The notes beneath the pieces are model-generated. The model was not told the origin of the DNA. It worked only from the letters and a program-made list of their open reading frames with translations, and did no database searches. A stretch of 64,000 bases of DNA from assembly GCA_051294375.1 (NCBI GenBank), contig CM119266.1, forward strand, positions 16,238,087 through 16,302,086, read 5' to 3'. This DNA comes from Paraspadella gotoi. Its lineage: Eukaryota; Animalia; Chaetognatha. Both the position numbers and the translations under genes were made by a program. How positions within the stretch are numbered: the first letter of the stretch is position 1; each line of letters begins with the position of its first letter. Below, one piece after another: positions 38,985-51,669 of this stretch.

Positions 38985-39390
38985 CCTCCCGACAGGAAAT
39001 TCTCGGTTGTAAGAGGCAGGTTATTTTTATTCGTTTTGCTACTACGTGTAAAGGGACGACGTAGGCAACTGACAATTACTGGGGAGGTTTGACGACGACG
39101 ACGACGACGACCACTGAGACGACTGGCCGGAAATTGACGCTAATTACGTTGTAGCAGGAAAATGAGGGCTGACTCATTCAGTTTTAAAAAAAACAAAATA
39201 AGTGGAAAAAAAAAAGACGTGAGAAAGCGAAAATTTAGAAACACTTTCAGAACCTGAATGTATTAGTGAATCTTTCTCCGTTTTATGGCTTTGTTGTTAT
39301 AATAGTATTTTCACTGTTTTGGTCAGGGACACTCGTTTCTGTCGGTCGGTCGGTCTTTCTCAATTCGTGTTTTACAATCGTTGATTTGAC

Positions 39391-39647
39391 CTTTCTTCTG
39401 ACGAAAAATAGATATTAACCGCTCCTGTTTGAATGAAAAAAAACAAAAACGTGGCCGAAGCCACTTTCCATAACTTAATTCCAGGACGTTTTAAAAATAA
39501 TGGACATTTTTAAAAATTATATAAAAGATAAACAAATTCTCTCTTTATTTAATTACCTAATTGATTAATATCACCTTTTCTGGACTCTTGGATTTCTGCT
39601 TTGCAGTGAAGGAGATCATCTCTTCATACACGGTGCTAGTCAACATC
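39391..39647 (-). CDS. Two putative internal exons of an unidentified gene (mirrored on + at 36126-36198 and 36349-~36382)
   Basis: ttccag|G ATG TTG ACT...GAA AAG|gtgata and aacag|GAG CGG TTA... join in frame as MLTSTVYEEMISFTAKQKSKSPEKERLISIFRQKK. No family recognised. Confidence 0.4.
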
Positions 39648-42600
39648 CTGGAAACCAACAGAGGTATACACAACATCGTTTTGAAGCACACGTCATAACT
39701 TAGATTATCATTCTAATATTTCAACTCTTTAGGAAGTAATGCTTTTGTTCAGAATTATTTCGCAATATATTCTTAGTCCTATTTGTTTAGGAGTTCTTAT
39801 CTAACTACGCGCGGACTCTAGCCAATTATAATAATCAAGAAGAATTAAAGGAATTTCTGAACCCGCTTACTATATTAATCTCTCTTAAAAACTTCTATCT
39901 CTAGTATCTTTCAAGTTTCAGCTTTTGCAAAGGCCAGACGTGTATTTTATTTTGTTCAAAACTTCATAAATTACCAGAACAAAGCATTCTATATTCTTTA
40001 AATAAATCATCACATTGCAACTATTCTCGCTAATACGACACGCTCTCGCGTCTCATTGTGACGAGCGTTGACATCGTGCTCGTGTTTGGATGCGTCTCTG
40101 TGCATAAAAGTTCCTGACGCAATATGACGGGGAAGAGAGTTCGGCGTGTTCTGGCCGAACAACTTATCATCTTCAACATATGCGACACAGTTTTGAGAAC
40201 TGATAATCCAGAGACGTGCATCGTACGAAACCATAACACAATATCGTCACAGTCAGTAGTCTCGTATATCTATATATAAATCATTATTGTGATCTCGCGC
40301 AGCATCTATCGGGAATTCTGTCGGACTGTCTGGGAAGCGCGTCGGTGTTAATAACATGAATATCTCATCGCTGGCTAGAGGAGGAGAAGTAGTAGGATGA
40401 TGACCTGAAGAACGGGAGTGTGGTTTATGGCAGCTATGTGTAGGCTGGGATTACGTGAAAGACTCTAGAGTTAATAGAATGGCAAGAGGCAATGCAAAAG
40501 TACGTAAAAGAGCGTAGAAGTGGGCAAACGAGGAGTGAGCAGGCGATAGGAGCAGCCCAAGGACGACAGGCGCCGGAGGACGGGCAACGCGCGGGTGCAA
40601 GCGCGGGAGACGCGCAGGTGGAGAGTACGGAAAGCCATGGAGCGGATGTATACAAGAGAGGGCGAAGGTGTCGTACAAGTGTAAGAAGAAGAGCAGCATG
40701 GGCGAGAGCAATAAGAGACGAGAAGAGAACGTAGAAAGAAAGTACCATGCTCAAACGTCGGTCTAGTACTAGGGATAAGATCCGCCGGGCGAAATGGTGG
40801 GCGTTGGAATGGTGAAGATATCGGTGTGGTCGTGGGTCGTGGTGGAGAGCCGGACGCGCGTGGAGCATGAAGTCTACGTACCATCTGCCGCGCGCCGCGT
40901 CACATTCGCCGGCGCGCGAATGTCGCGCTCGCGCTCTGTCAGCGTCGCGTCGACGCATCTCGCGCATGGCGCGTCGCGCGACGTCGCTCTCAGGACGCTG
41001 CGTTCGTTCGCCGCAGCTCGCGTCGCGCCAGATGCCAAAAGAAGGGTAAAGAAGGAATAGAAATAGTATGAATTATACTGCTGAAGATAGACAGAAAGGA
41101 AGAGAGAATGGAAGGGCACAAAGCGGGTAGTCCCGAGCGCGCGGGCCTTGTCTGAGTGCTGAATGGAAGGTGGGTGTTAGTTCGTGGCGGAGGGGTTAAA
41201 ACGCAAACAGGAGCGGAGGTCGGCAGTATGGTCGCCAAAGGACGGGAACGAGGAATCAGAGGGGCGGAGGATAGAAGGGAGGCTGGCGAGGATTGCGGGC
41301 GGGGGCAGCTCGTGGGGGGGCGGAAGTGGCAAGGCGCGGGGGAGACGGTAAAAGCGGGGGCATGTGGAACAGGATGACGGAAGTGACGGAAGCAGGCGGG
41401 GAGGTGCGCGGGTACAAGAAGAGGGCCGCACGGGGTACGCGGGACCTGCCGGTGCTGCAGCGGGGACGTTCCGCGCAGATGTGTAGCGGGGTTAGCGTAA
41501 GAAAAAAGAGCAACCTCGCCAGAGGCGCGCGAGAGGCGCGCGAAGATGCACCGGGGGCGGCGACGCTGAGAACGACGATAAGATGGCCTGTGAGACTGAG
41601 AGCCAAGCACACCGCGGGCGCGCACGGAATCCATAAGCGAGGTCGGGGAAGCAAAAGGCAAGTAAACGACGAGCGCGAGGTGTGAGTGGCTTTGCTGTCA
41701 TGCGTGACAGGTATAGGAAGCCCTGAGGTGGAGCGCGGTGCTGGCTGGTGGTGGGTGGAAGGTGAGGAGGAGAGAGAGACGGTATTGGGTCGCGCGCGCT
41801 GCGCGGCACTGCGGCGAGTGGCCAGTGGGTGAGAGGAGAGGGGAAAGGTGGCGGCGAAGACGGAGATAGCAATCTCGATTGGCAAAGAAGGTGGGCCGCT
41901 CGATGCGGGCATGGCAAGCCCGAAGCCGGGGGACGGATGGCGTGAGCGACGGGCAAGCAGGCCGTGCGGAGGAGGATCGGAACCGGTAGCAGATACGGGC
42001 GCAATGGAGGGTAGGAGAGGGGGCGGGAAATGAAGGTAGGGATGAGGCCAGGGGAAGGCAAGAGAAAGGGAAATAGACGACCGCAAGGTATCTGCCAGCG
42101 CGTGGAGGCGTGGGAAAGCCAGAGGTCGTGCGCAAGCGGCGCCAGCCAAAACAATACCACAGCGACGACGGGAGCGACAGCGCCGGCGAACGGAGCGAAA
42201 AGGTCAGGGGGCGGAAGGGACGGGAGGACGCCGAGCGGGAAGTAGGCGCAGAAGAGGAAAAGCCGCTGCTGGACGAACTACTAGCAAGGGGCGAGAGAGG
42301 AGGCTGGGATGGGGGAACCGGGGAGGAGGGGGTTGGGCGTGAGGGAAGGAGACATGGGAGGAAGCCAGAGGGGGGCAACTGGAGGAGAGCCGGGGAGACC
42401 GGGGCGCGGGGGGAGCGCACCTAACGTGCGGAGGGGCTGGCGGACCTGCAGGGACCGTGGAGGAGAGCGAGAGAGAAGAGAGAGAGAGAGATTAGAGAGA
42501 GAGATGAGGAGAGAGAGAAGAGAGAGAGAGAGGGAGAGACTGAGATGAGAGTAGAGAGAAGCGCGCGTGTAGAAACGGGGCGAAAACAAAAGGCTATGGG

Positions 42601-45600
42601 CCGCCGCGGCCGCCCGCCGGCGCCGCTACCGGCGCCGCCCCGGGCAGCACCGCCCGCGGTGGGGGCGTGGCAGACGGAAAAAACCAGCAAACGGCGCGCA
42701 GCCGACGAAGGCGCGGTCCGACTGCGCGACCGCGAAGTGACCGCGCCGCCTGCGGCCCCGGCGTCCGCCCCGCAACCCGAAAGGAAAAAGAGAAAGCAAC
42801 ACGCACGCCGCTCACGCCTGCGGGCGCCGACAGCGGCGCAGCGGGCGGCGGTCGGGGCCTGCCGGGCGCGGCGCGCCGCCTCGGCCTGCGAAAAAAAAGA
42901 AAGGACCTTGGTCGTCTTTTGTTTTTGTTATGTTTTTTTTTTATGGCGGGAAAAAGGAAAATGGTGCGGTGCACGAAGGAAACCGGTTAATGGGCGACCA
43001 AGGAACGAAGCGACATGGAAGGGTAGGGAGAGTGAGGAACAAGGAGGAATACGGCTGGACAACGGCTGGCAAGTCGGAGGGAGAAGGCAAAGAGCGGGGA
43101 TCGGGCGGAAGAAGCGGGAAGAAGGGGGCCAAAGTGAAGGGCTGAGCGGGTGTCATGGATGGCGAGAGGAAATGAAAAAGGTGGAAGGGGGGGGGCAGAG
43201 GGGGGAAACGGCGGCGGTTGGAAAAATAGACTGGGACTGCGAAGGGTCCCGGGGAAGGGAGAAATCAAAAAATAAGCCGCCGAAAGGTAGACGGGAGTGA
43301 AACGTGTACCCGCCGGGCGACCTGTAGGGTGGGGTGAGGAGGGTGCAGGGCCAGCGCACGGAAACAACGGGCGCGGACGAATGGTGGTGGAAGGCGAGGG
43401 CGTTGACGAGCGGGCGACGCAGGGACCCAGGGGTGGACCGATGTCCGGGCGAAAGGTGAGGGGGCGTGACGGGTGAGAAGTGAAGAGGGGACGACGCAAA
43501 GGAGGCACAAAGAGGCTTAAGAGGCAAACTGGAGAGAAAACGACATCGGAGATCGATGGAGCAAAGGGGAGGCCGTAGGTGAGGGGCAAGTGGGGGTCGG
43601 CACCGGTGCAAGGAGGAAAGGCGGTGCGAAGGGGTGCGGGAGGGATGATAATAGTGGCCGGGGAAAAGGTGGCTGGCAAGGCATGGTATGAGAGTGGGGG
43701 GAGAAGGTGTGAGCGAGAATGGGGGAGAAATGGGAGCGCAGTAGGTGGGTGAGAATGGGCGTAGAGGGGGGAGAGTGGGAGCGAAGTACAGTGGGTGGTG
43801 AGGGCGTGTAAACAAAAGGAGAGCTGGAGAGGGGCAGCGGTAACGGGGCGCGCCGTGGCCTGGTGGCTGATGGGGTCGTTGTGGGGGCGGGCGGCGGCAG
43901 CGGCGGCCGTGAAGCAAGCGGCGCGACATCCGGTACGACCGCCAAAAATGCGGGCGGGTGGTGCGAGGCGGCCACAAGGCGGCTCTGGGCCCAGCGTCGG
44001 GCGGCAGGCGGCGACGGTGGTGACCCCCCCTGGGAGGCGGCGACACAGAAAAGGAAAAGAAGGGAGTGGAGGGGGGGGGCTGGGGGGGGTTGGGGGCCAA
44101 ACCGGGGCGGCGGGCTGGAGGCGTGAAGGTGGGATAATCTCGTAAACGACGATGAGCGGAGGGACGGGGAAGGTGGCGCGGGCAAAAAAATGAAAAGGGG
44201 TAAGCATAAGAACAGGCGGCCACCCGTGCGCCGCGAGGCGCCCGAGGGCCCTCAAAGGCGCGGCGTCATTGAGCCGGGACTCCGGCGGACCTCCAAGTTA
44301 CGGCACCCCCCCCGTGCCCCAACGTCGGACGCCGCCGCCAAAAAGGGAGGAGAGGATAAAGGCGCGGGCGGGTCGANNNNNNNNNNNNNNNNNNNNNNNN
44401 NCGACGACGACGACGACGACGTCTACGGCGACGACGTGGAAATTCGTCTGGCGCTAAAGAATTGCCGAAAATGATGTTTTGCTTTCCTCTATTTCCCGTC
44501 CCGCCCACCGGCCCTTCCAACCAACCCCGACTTTCCCCCACCCTGCCCCATTATCAACCCCCACGACCTCCCTCTTTCAGACTTTCAACACGGCAGCCTC
44601 AACAATTAGCGCTCATGCCACGTTTAGCTTTATGTTCGATGTTGGAATAGAAGGGTTGCCGGGGGTCGGTTCCCCGTTTTTTTTTTTNNNNNNNNNNNNN
44701 NNNNNNNNNNNNNNNNNNNNNNNNNNNNNNNNNNNNNNNNNNNNNNNNNNNNNNNNNNNNNNNNNNNNNNNNNNNNNNNNNNNNNNNNNNNNNNNNNNNN
44801 NNNNNNNNNNNNNNNNNNNNNNNNNNNNNNNNNNNNNNNNNNNNNNNNNNNNNNNNNNNNNNNNNNNNNNNNNNNNNNNNNNNNNNNNNNNNNNNNNNNN
44901 NNNNNNNNNNNNNNNNNNNNNNNNNNNNNNNNNNNNNNNNNNNNNNNNNNNNNNNTCTTTCCTTTTTCCTCTTATGGTTCGGAAAATATTTAGGGAAAAA
45001 AGAGAAGAAAAAAGAGGAGAGAAAATGAAGGTTGTTGCACAGGGAAAGCTTAATCTTGCTGCAAGGAGTTATGTTGGAGCCCGTTGCAGCATAGTTCGTA
45101 AAACAAGAAATTTAGAAGACATGAAAATTCGATTCAAATGACGAACTAAAGTCTCTAAAGTAAAGAATTCACCATAAAATTAAGAAAGAGTATGATTGAA
45201 ATAGAAGTAAAAATTCATAAAATACTATAAAAAGGAAACTTCATAACCAAATGTATTTTGAATATTTCTTTATGCGGTTTACCTTAGATTCGATCGATGA
45301 AGGAACAAGGACCTCGACAAGAGACTTCCTTGTTTAGCATTCTCTCGTGTTTGTTTATGTTACACCTTTCTCTTTCTCCTTCGGCGCTTACTATCCACGA
45401 CGCTTGACTTTTTATAAGCTTCTGGTGTGGGTTGTTACCGTTTATCTTTTCTCCTTCGCCCTTCACCTATCAAACGACCGCTCTTTCACTTTTTTTAGCT
45501 TCTCTTTTTTTTGTTACCTTTCTCTTTATCCTTCGCCCTTCTATTAACGACGCTTGACTTTTTTTAATTTTCTCCTTATTCTGCTTCTTCTATGTTTCCT

Positions 45601-45752
45601 TCTTACCCAGTCTTGGTGTTTTTTTTCTATTCTCATTCTTACCCAAAAGCGCCGGCGATTTCGTTCGATGCCTTTTTTGGGATATCGCGCTTTGTTTACC
45701 AGTTTCCACTTCTCTCATCTTCTCTCTCTTCTCATATTCTCGTCTCTCTCTC

Positions 45753-45783
<31 letters not shown>

Positions 45784-46886
45784 CTCTCTCTCTTCTCTCA
45801 CTCTTTCACTTTCGCTAGCAAGAGGGGAGAGCAAAATATTCCCAATTTAACATCATGGGAAAAGATGATGATGTTTGGAGAAACGTCCGCGCTGGAGCCA
45901 CGGGTAGTTATTNNNNNNNNNNNNNNNNNNNNNNNNNTTTTTTTTTTCCGGCGCTGAGTTTGGTAGGTGGAGGGGGTGGCGAAAAAAAAAGGTCGGGAGG
46001 GCTTAACTAGGGTTCGGCTCCCCCTCCCCATCCCACTCTGCAGCACCCCGTCACCCTTTCCTGCCCGGAAAAGACTGAGAAGCTGAGACGGAATCGTAAA
46101 TCGGAGCCCGAAATCACCGTCTCTCTTTTTTTTTTTTAGGGACTAGGTTTGGTGCGGTGGTACGTCGGGTCTTTAGGGCAAGAGGGCCTGAGGGGCCCGA
46201 GAAGGAGGCAGAGGGGCCGTAAACGCCCGGTCCTTCGATTCCTCCTTGATGACGATGAGATTTTAAGTCGAGAGTTTTTAACCTGTTCTCTGGGGGGTCG
46301 AGAAGGAAGAAGGGGAGGAAGGAGGGAGAGAGGAAAGGGGAGGAAGGAGGAAAGGAAATAAGAAAAGAATTAAAGGAAAGGGGAGGAAGNNNNNNNNNNA
46401 ATAAGAAAAGAAAGAGAAAGAAAAAGGAAAGCTGATTGCGATGAGAAGGGAATACAGAAATTGGTGAGCGATGAAAAACGGATCTTGGTAGGTTGTTCGG
46501 CCAGAGTTACATTTTGAGAAGATTGTCCTCTGTACAATGTCTATGAAATTTCAGGCTAAATTATTATATAAAAAATCTTAAACCCATCTTTTCATTCGTT
46601 CGACGAACAGCAAACTTGAGAAGAAAAAAAAGCGAAGAGCGGCAGAGACCGGGATGAAAGTGGAAGGGCGCGGAGCGAGGAAGGGAGGGGCTGGGGGAAA
46701 CCAGGGGGCGGGGCTGAGTCGGCAGAGGCAGAGCAGGAAGACTACGGAAGAAGCGCTAATTGCCGGGCTAAAAGACGGAAGACGCCGAGAGATCAGAATT
46801 TCGGGAATTTTTTGGAAAGAAACCGAGAATTTTTTTTTTCGGACTGAAAAACGGAGGAGATGGGGATTGGAGAGGAGAGAGAAGAG

Positions 46887-46947
<61 letters not shown>

Positions 46948-47163
46948 TACTCTTAATGAAAGAGAGAGAGAGAGAGGGGGTTTGACACAGAAGGAGGACT
47001 CTCCAAACCTAAAAGTCGAGGGTTTTTCGAATCAAGACGAAACGAAGCCGAATTTTAATCCGCCCAAAACTGAAAAACTTGATTCGAACTCGTTAGAAAT
47101 CGTAATGAGAAAAAGAGTTTCCCGCGGTAAAAGCGAAACTAACGGACTCTCGAATTAAAGGAT

Positions 47164-47220
<57 letters not shown>

Positions 47221-47410
47221 TCCCCCATTTCCAGACAGAGATCTTCACCTTCCCTTCCACACACCAACCGCTTCTTTTTTTCTTTAAAAGTCTTTTGGAT
47301 CCAAAAGTTAAAAAACCTTAAGAAAAACTAATTTTCTCTCGTTGGCATCAGAGCCATAGAAAGCAGTTGGAGATTTTTTGGCAAATGATTTTTTTTTTCT
47401 GCAGCCTGTG

Positions 47411-47449
<39 letters not shown>

Positions 47450-49458
47450 CTCTCTCATCTCTCTCTCGTTCTCTCTCTCTCTCTCTCTCTCTCTCACAGT
47501 CTATTTCATCACGCTAGAATTGTAACTCAAAACATGCTGTCTACCTCAAAATTTCTTCTTCGAAAACGAGACTCGCGAAAAAAAATATTTATTATTTTGT
47601 TGTAAGTGAATGTTAAAACGTTCATAAACAGTAAAACATCACTAATATCTGTGTCGAGACCCCTTAAGGGGAGGAGAACAAGTTCCTGTTAATTCGTGAT
47701 AGTTTGCATGGAAACCCCTTGTCCCTTAACAATCCCCCATTATCCGAAGTTAGAGCACCGAGACTGTGACAGGTGGGATAGAAAATTGAAAAAACATTTT
47801 GAAAAAATAAATACGATGCACTTCGAGTTTAACAGTATGAATTCCATACCATACAGTGAACAGAAGATGTTTATGGACGGTCAGAATCATCGAATCTTTT
47901 TAAATGTTTAAAATAACCTTTAACCGTGGGAACGTGTATTTTCCCATAAGAAAAACAAGGAAAAAAACCGAGTGGACCGGGAGCGAGCAGGGGGAGAGCA
48001 AGAAGTTATTTTTAGCCAAAAATGGTCCTGAATAACTTTTTACAAGATAATTATTTAGTATTGGTTTTCCCTAAAGAAAGATAAACTATTACCAATTAAT
48101 TTCCAAGCACTTTTTTCATAGGATTTTGGTCAGCTTTTACTCATTCTTCAGTCCTATTCGACAGCAAACCTTAAATTTTTTTATAATTAAAAATGCTAAG
48201 TCATTGCAATCAAGTATTTTTTATTTAAATAATCAAAAAACCCTATTGATAAATAATACTGGGCAATAATATTAACAAACCAGATAGCAAGTATAAATTT
48301 TTTTGTGTAATTATCTGACCTTAAAGTCCTAACCAAAAAAGAAAGACCAAAAAAGTGAAATACTATTTAAATGTTTTTTCCTTAATCCCACCTATTACTA
48401 TAATAAATAAAGATTGATATTTATTTATGAACAAAACAATTACATTGGTAAAGCTTAATAAAAGTTCACATTGCACATCACAACATCTGCGTCGTGAGCT
48501 GTGCTGTTCGTGCTGTTGGCTGTCGTTGATAGTATTAATAGTGCATATAAATTGATATGTAACATATCAATATTTTGTTAAGGTTATGCTTAATAACACA
48601 ATATTTTATTTATTTATTTTATTAATACGTTTACTTTATGAATGCTATAATATGCACTTATAATATTTGATAAAAATCAAATAAAATCAAAATCCGCTTC
48701 ATTGGGAAGCATCAGGGAGAAGGAGGAATCGTCTGCTGAGATGAAGCTCAAATTTAATGCGCAATGTAATCATTGAAATTTTTTGTTTCCTCTTTTCAGA
48801 GATGAATTAATGATCTGATAAAAAAAAATTAGAATTGTTCAAGTCGCTATTAAAATTACTAACTTTAATTTCAACCAACAATTTTAGATTTGGATTGTGT
48901 TGTAATAATCCTTCTTTTTCGTTGTTTTTGTAAAGTTTAGAGATTGGCAAAAGTTTTGATTTTTCAACGAATTTGGCTTTGATACACGCTGATGAAGGCT
49001 TGTATCCAAAGCAGAAATATGTCTAATTAATTGTCAAAAATCTTAAGAGAAATGGATCTCACTTGACGAGAGAAGAAATAAAAAAAATAATCAGATTTTT
49101 TCAAAAAAAACGAATGTCACGCAAGAGATCGTACAGAGAGAGAGAGAGAGAGAGGAGAAAGAAAGAACTGGACAGTTTTCCCCTCCCCGCCAAGCGAGAC
49201 GCATTAATTAGGTTACTCTCGTTTATTATCGGCTTATCATTTTGCCTCGCAACGGCGGCGTGATCTCGGTCAAGTTATTTTTTTTTATAAACGTAACGTT
49301 TTCCGCGTGTGAAATGGGTATGTTGATTTTTTTTATATACGTAACATTTCCGTTGCCATCGAACGCGTTAATAATTGGGCCTTTTCCTTGACATTGGTTT
49401 ACTTTCGTATGCCGCAACGGCCACGAAAATCCAGGTCAAGTAAAGTTATTCTGTTCAC

Positions 49459-49560
49459 TTTTTTAAGTCGGATCTGCCTTATCCGCAGATCCCGACTCTA
49501 TAATTCACTTTGTCGGTCCGTCGGTCCCGCCCCCTCAATATTGTCGGGACATCACACTTT
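49459..49560 (-). mobile_element. HINE/Helentron-like terminus with hairpin
   Basis: T-run, then hairpin AGTCGGATCTGC-cttatcc-GCAGATCCCGACT (49466-49497), then CTATAATTCACTTTGTCGGTCCGTCGGTCC, which resembles the reverse complement of 13610-13637. Confidence 0.6.
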
Positions 49561-50892
49561 ATTATGTCAGAACGTTTGAATAAGATTTTTGTGTGTTGGG
49601 TAGGGGAAGTGTGTGATTGAGCAGGAAATCAAGTTTCGCGATGGAATCGTAGGAGTGGAAAATGAGTCTTTAAATGGAAAAAAACTTGTTTCAACTAATT
49701 GATTATGCTCTCTTTTTCCTTTTATTAAATGTAATGCAGCAGTGGTGTACCGATAGTAATTAAATAAATCAAGGGACTATAATTAATAGTTAAATTAAAT
49801 ACGCGTATACAATTAATCAAAGAATTATAATTAATATCAGTCAATCCATCAAGTCAATCTTTTATCGGCCATTATTCTCATCGTCGTCAAATTGTTTTTG
49901 TCATGGTTAGTGATTAGAGTTCGAGAGACCTCCGTTGAGTGTCAGAACACAACATTGAGATAATTAGGATATTATCTGTACACTCGCACACATTTTTTAA
50001 ACTGAGTGAATCATGATATATTGTGAAACAATAACAGATACACCGAGGACGCGATTGCTGAATATATATACCATACGTGATCTCAGGTAATTAATTTATA
50101 TTGATTACCCGACTCAGAGAAGTAGATACCAGAGAGAGTGACGTTCTCTATACCCGGAGATGAGCTGTTACCGTAGAGCTGAACCGGCACTCGACCACAA
50201 GTCCCACGGGCCGGGCCCTTTACTTTTATCTCTCCCAGACGGAGATACATAAATTAGTTGAAAAATCAAAATCAAAACTAGTATTATAAGATTTGGATTA
50301 TGAATATTATGATATATATAAATAATACTTAAGAGACAATATATACTATATCAATCCCGTTTGCCCAAATTGAAATTCGTGTTAGCGCAGCGTGGCATTG
50401 TCGGATAATATTATAGATCCATGGTAGTAGACACATTTTATGACTGTCTTCCATGATTTCTGGTTTTTGGAGACTTGATTAGAAAAATAAAGATTTGACA
50501 TTCATCTCTCAATTCTTTTCATTTCATTAAATTAAAGATCAGATAGATATGGTGTCCTCAGTCGACGGAACCCTTTTCTCGAGAGAAGAAGGCCGTATAT
50601 ATATGCGATAATCCGATCCTATTGATATCGTGTGTGGGGAGTCGATCGCAGCCTGATCAATGCAATCAATCAATTAATTAATCATTGCAGTAACCGTATA
50701 TCATTGTCGAGTACTTTTTCGTTGCCAAATGCAGATGTATCAATGATTACCAGTGGCTGGCCAAACTAATGTAATCGCTTTTCAAGGGCTTAAATTAACC
50801 ATTGATATTATAATTTTTTAATTGCAATGCAAATATTTTACTATTTTTTTTTAATTTGATATTTTTTTTTATTTTTTTTTTTTTTTTTTTAT

Positions 50893-51669
50893 TTCTTACT
50901 TGCATCATTTTTTCTACCTTAGTGTCATCGTTTTAACTTGCATTATTTTTTTAAACGCTTGTATCTTTTTTCAACTTGCTGCATTTTTTTAACTTGCATC
51001 ATTTTTTTTAACTTGCATCATTTTTAAACTTGCACCTCATTTTTTTAAACTTGCAATTTTTTTTTACCTTATATCATTTTTTTCAACTTGCACTAATTTT
51101 TTCAAAACTTGCATAATGTTTTTCAACTTAGCAGAAATTTTTTCTAACTGGTGCATAATTTTTTTCAACTGCATAATTTTTTCAACTTGCATAATTTTTT
51201 CAACTTGCATTAATTTTTCAACTTGCATAATTTTTTAAAATTGCATAAATTTTTAAACTTGCATCATTATTAAACTTGCATCATTTTTTAAAAACTTGCA
51301 TCATTTTTAACTTGCAATTTTTTTTTTACCTTAATATCATTTTTTTCACTTGATAATTTTTCACTTGCATAATTTTTTTCAAACTCGTATAATTTTTTCA
51401 AATCGTATAATTTTTTTTCAAACTCGTAATAAATTTTTTCCAACTTGCATATATTTTTTCAAACTCGTATATTTTTTGCCAAACTCGCATAATTTTTTCA
51501 ACTTGCAGTAATTTTTTCAACTTCTCGTTGCATAAAATTTTTTTTCAATCTTGCATAATATTTTTTTCAACTCGTATAATTTTTCAACTTGCATATATTT
51601 TTCAACTTGCATAATTTTTTTTCAAAACTTTCATAATTTTTTCAACTTGCATACTTTTTTTCAACTTGC
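50893..51669. repeat. Minisatellite with a roughly 17-19 bp unit TTTTTTCAACTTGCATAA, several dozen degenerate copies
   Basis: Recurrent AACTTGCAT(C/A)A cores separated by T runs; a variant AACTCGTATAA appears in the later half. Confidence 0.9.

Larger units (their letters stand above)
31397..44376. repeat. Large inverted repeat: arms 31397-36418 and 39355-44376 (5,022 bp), spacer 2,936 bp
   Basis: ORFs in one arm have identical mirror ORFs in the other with coordinate sum 75773 (31518+44255; 35743+40030). Inner ends are GAATTGAGAAAG / CTTTCTCAATTC. The right arm stops at a 25-N gap. Confidence 0.95.

Noticed and set aside
29955-44255. Dense long overlapping ORFs (up to 422 aa) suggesting a viral or GC-rich insert
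   Set aside because: A-depletion removes stop codons. The products are low-complexity P/S/L/R strings with no domain, and the DNA is a converted copy of local sequence.
47664-47922. TTAA-flanked Kolobok/piggyBac-like element
   Set aside because: The ends (TTAAGGGGA / ACCTTTAA) match over only a few bases; no convincing TIR.
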